This document shows, piece after piece, positions 34,191-35,249 of a DNA stretch of 35,249 bases; position 1 is the first letter of the stretch; each line of letters starts with the position of its first letter. Position numbers and translations under genes: made by a program. Origin of the DNA: Hyphochytrium catenoides (Eukaryota > Protista > Hyphochytriomycota). Where the stretch lies: contig FLMG01001682.1 in the NCBI GenBank assembly GCA_900088475.1, positions 1 through 35,249 of the forward strand, in the 5' to 3' direction. The notes under the pieces were generated by a model that saw only the letters and a program-made list of their open reading frames with translations, had not been told where the DNA came from and made no database searches.

Positions 34191-35190
34191 GTTAACAACC
34201 TCCTTCTGCAACCGTGTGGCTTGGGTCTGTGGTACTCGTGAGGATAGACAAATCGTGAATTAATATCAGGATTCTGTGCTAATTGCAGACAGGTACTCTT
34301 TTGTATCGAGTTATTCTTAATCATGCTTGGGTGAGGTACAGCTGCATTTACGGTACATTCTCTGTCCTTGAGGATCGCAGAATCACATTTCCTGGTGGTC
34401 GGCCGATGGTTTTGGTAAGCCCGCCATTACTCCAACTATTATTCTACTCCAGGCCTCACCGCTAAAAGGTGTGTAGCGCATTGGGGGAAGAAAAAGCCCA
34501 GATCTTTACAGTACTCCTTCTGGCCCCATTGTCCTATCTCGCCCCTCTCTGTCTCTTAGGCTCCTCGTTTACTTATGTAAACGCTGTGTAGAAGGGCCAG
34601 GATCTGTATCACTCACCGCTCTGGTTCATCTCGACGCCAGGTAAGACAAAGGAGCACTGGTGGCTGTGTGCACTTTGGATGGTGGTGGTGATTGGTGTCG
34701 TGGTGTCACAAGACCAAGGAGAAGAGCAGAGGAAGGAGAAAGAACTCCTGCTGCGAACCCACCACCCAGCCGCGCTGGCCGATGATCGCCTTCTTCCCTT
34801 CTTGCAAAGGTAAAGGAGAGCACGACGGCCGCAGGAAGAACAAACGAGAAGAGGGCACCATTTCCTCTTTCTTTTACAAGCTGCCTGCTGCACAGGCTGC
34901 TGCACTCCAGCGAGCGCCACACCACCACCACCTTATTAGCCACCCAAAACAGCCACCCATTCATCACTGCACCAGCAAGAACGAAGGAGGAGAAACAACA
35001 ACAACGAGAAGAAACGACAAGAAGAGAGGCTCCCACAAAACAAAGAACACGCGGCGAAGTGTTGTGCAACACCACCGCAGCCCCTGCTGGTTACGAGAGG
35101 CAAACAAAGAAGAGCAGGCAGCAGCGACAGCAGCGTTGTTCATTCCGTTGTTCAACAAACAAAAAAGTGCTAAGCACCTACTCTACTTAC

Positions 35191-35249
35191 GCTGGGGGTG
35201 AAGACTTCTTTTCCAGGCCTGCTGCTCCTTCTTGTAGCTCCTTTTCAAC
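35191..35249 (-). CDS. Possible partial exon of a minus-strand gene continuing beyond the window
   Basis: Purine-rich open frames on the minus strand (e.g. VEKELQEGAAGLEKKSSPP) end at a GTAAGT donor (35190-35185), followed by T-rich intron-like sequence. Confidence 0.3.

Noticed and set aside
1-35249. Alternative genetic code (TAA/TAG reassignment), suggested by open frames after the MSH3 and YbaK-like TAA codons
   Set aside because: All conserved exons and the Gln/Glu-rich 1500-aa ORF contain no internal TAA or TAG. Apparent internal stops are explained by introns.

Overview
Intron-rich eukaryotic genomic DNA in the standard genetic code, with abundant (GA)n/(TC)n microsatellites and one 13-N assembly gap at 27503-27515. 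A protist or algal (possibly stramenopile) origin is my inference only. Manual splicing at GT-AG sites gives four frame-consistent multi-exon genes and one long intronless ORF. (1) An ~1860-aa armadillo-repeat protein (+, 857-8431, 11 exons). (2) An ~1290-aa protein with a C-terminal degenerate XPF-like plus HhH region resembling the meiotic crossover factor SHOC1/Zip2 (+, ~10323-16699, ~21 exons); it is largely invisible in the ORF track. (3) A 299-aa YbaK/ProXp-family tRNA-editing-domain protein (-, 18594-16774, 6 exons), convergent with the SHOC1-like gene. (4) MSH3 (+, 19223-26851, 18 exons, 1243 aa), head-to-head with the YbaK-like gene; its Walker A motif is split over three exons, including a 14-nt microexon. 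(5) An orphan, intronless ~1500-aa coiled-coil ORF (+, 28577-33085) next to large TC/GA tracts. No tRNA, rRNA, CRISPR array or recognisable transposon was seen. All gene models are hand-built from the sequence and need RNA-seq confirmation.
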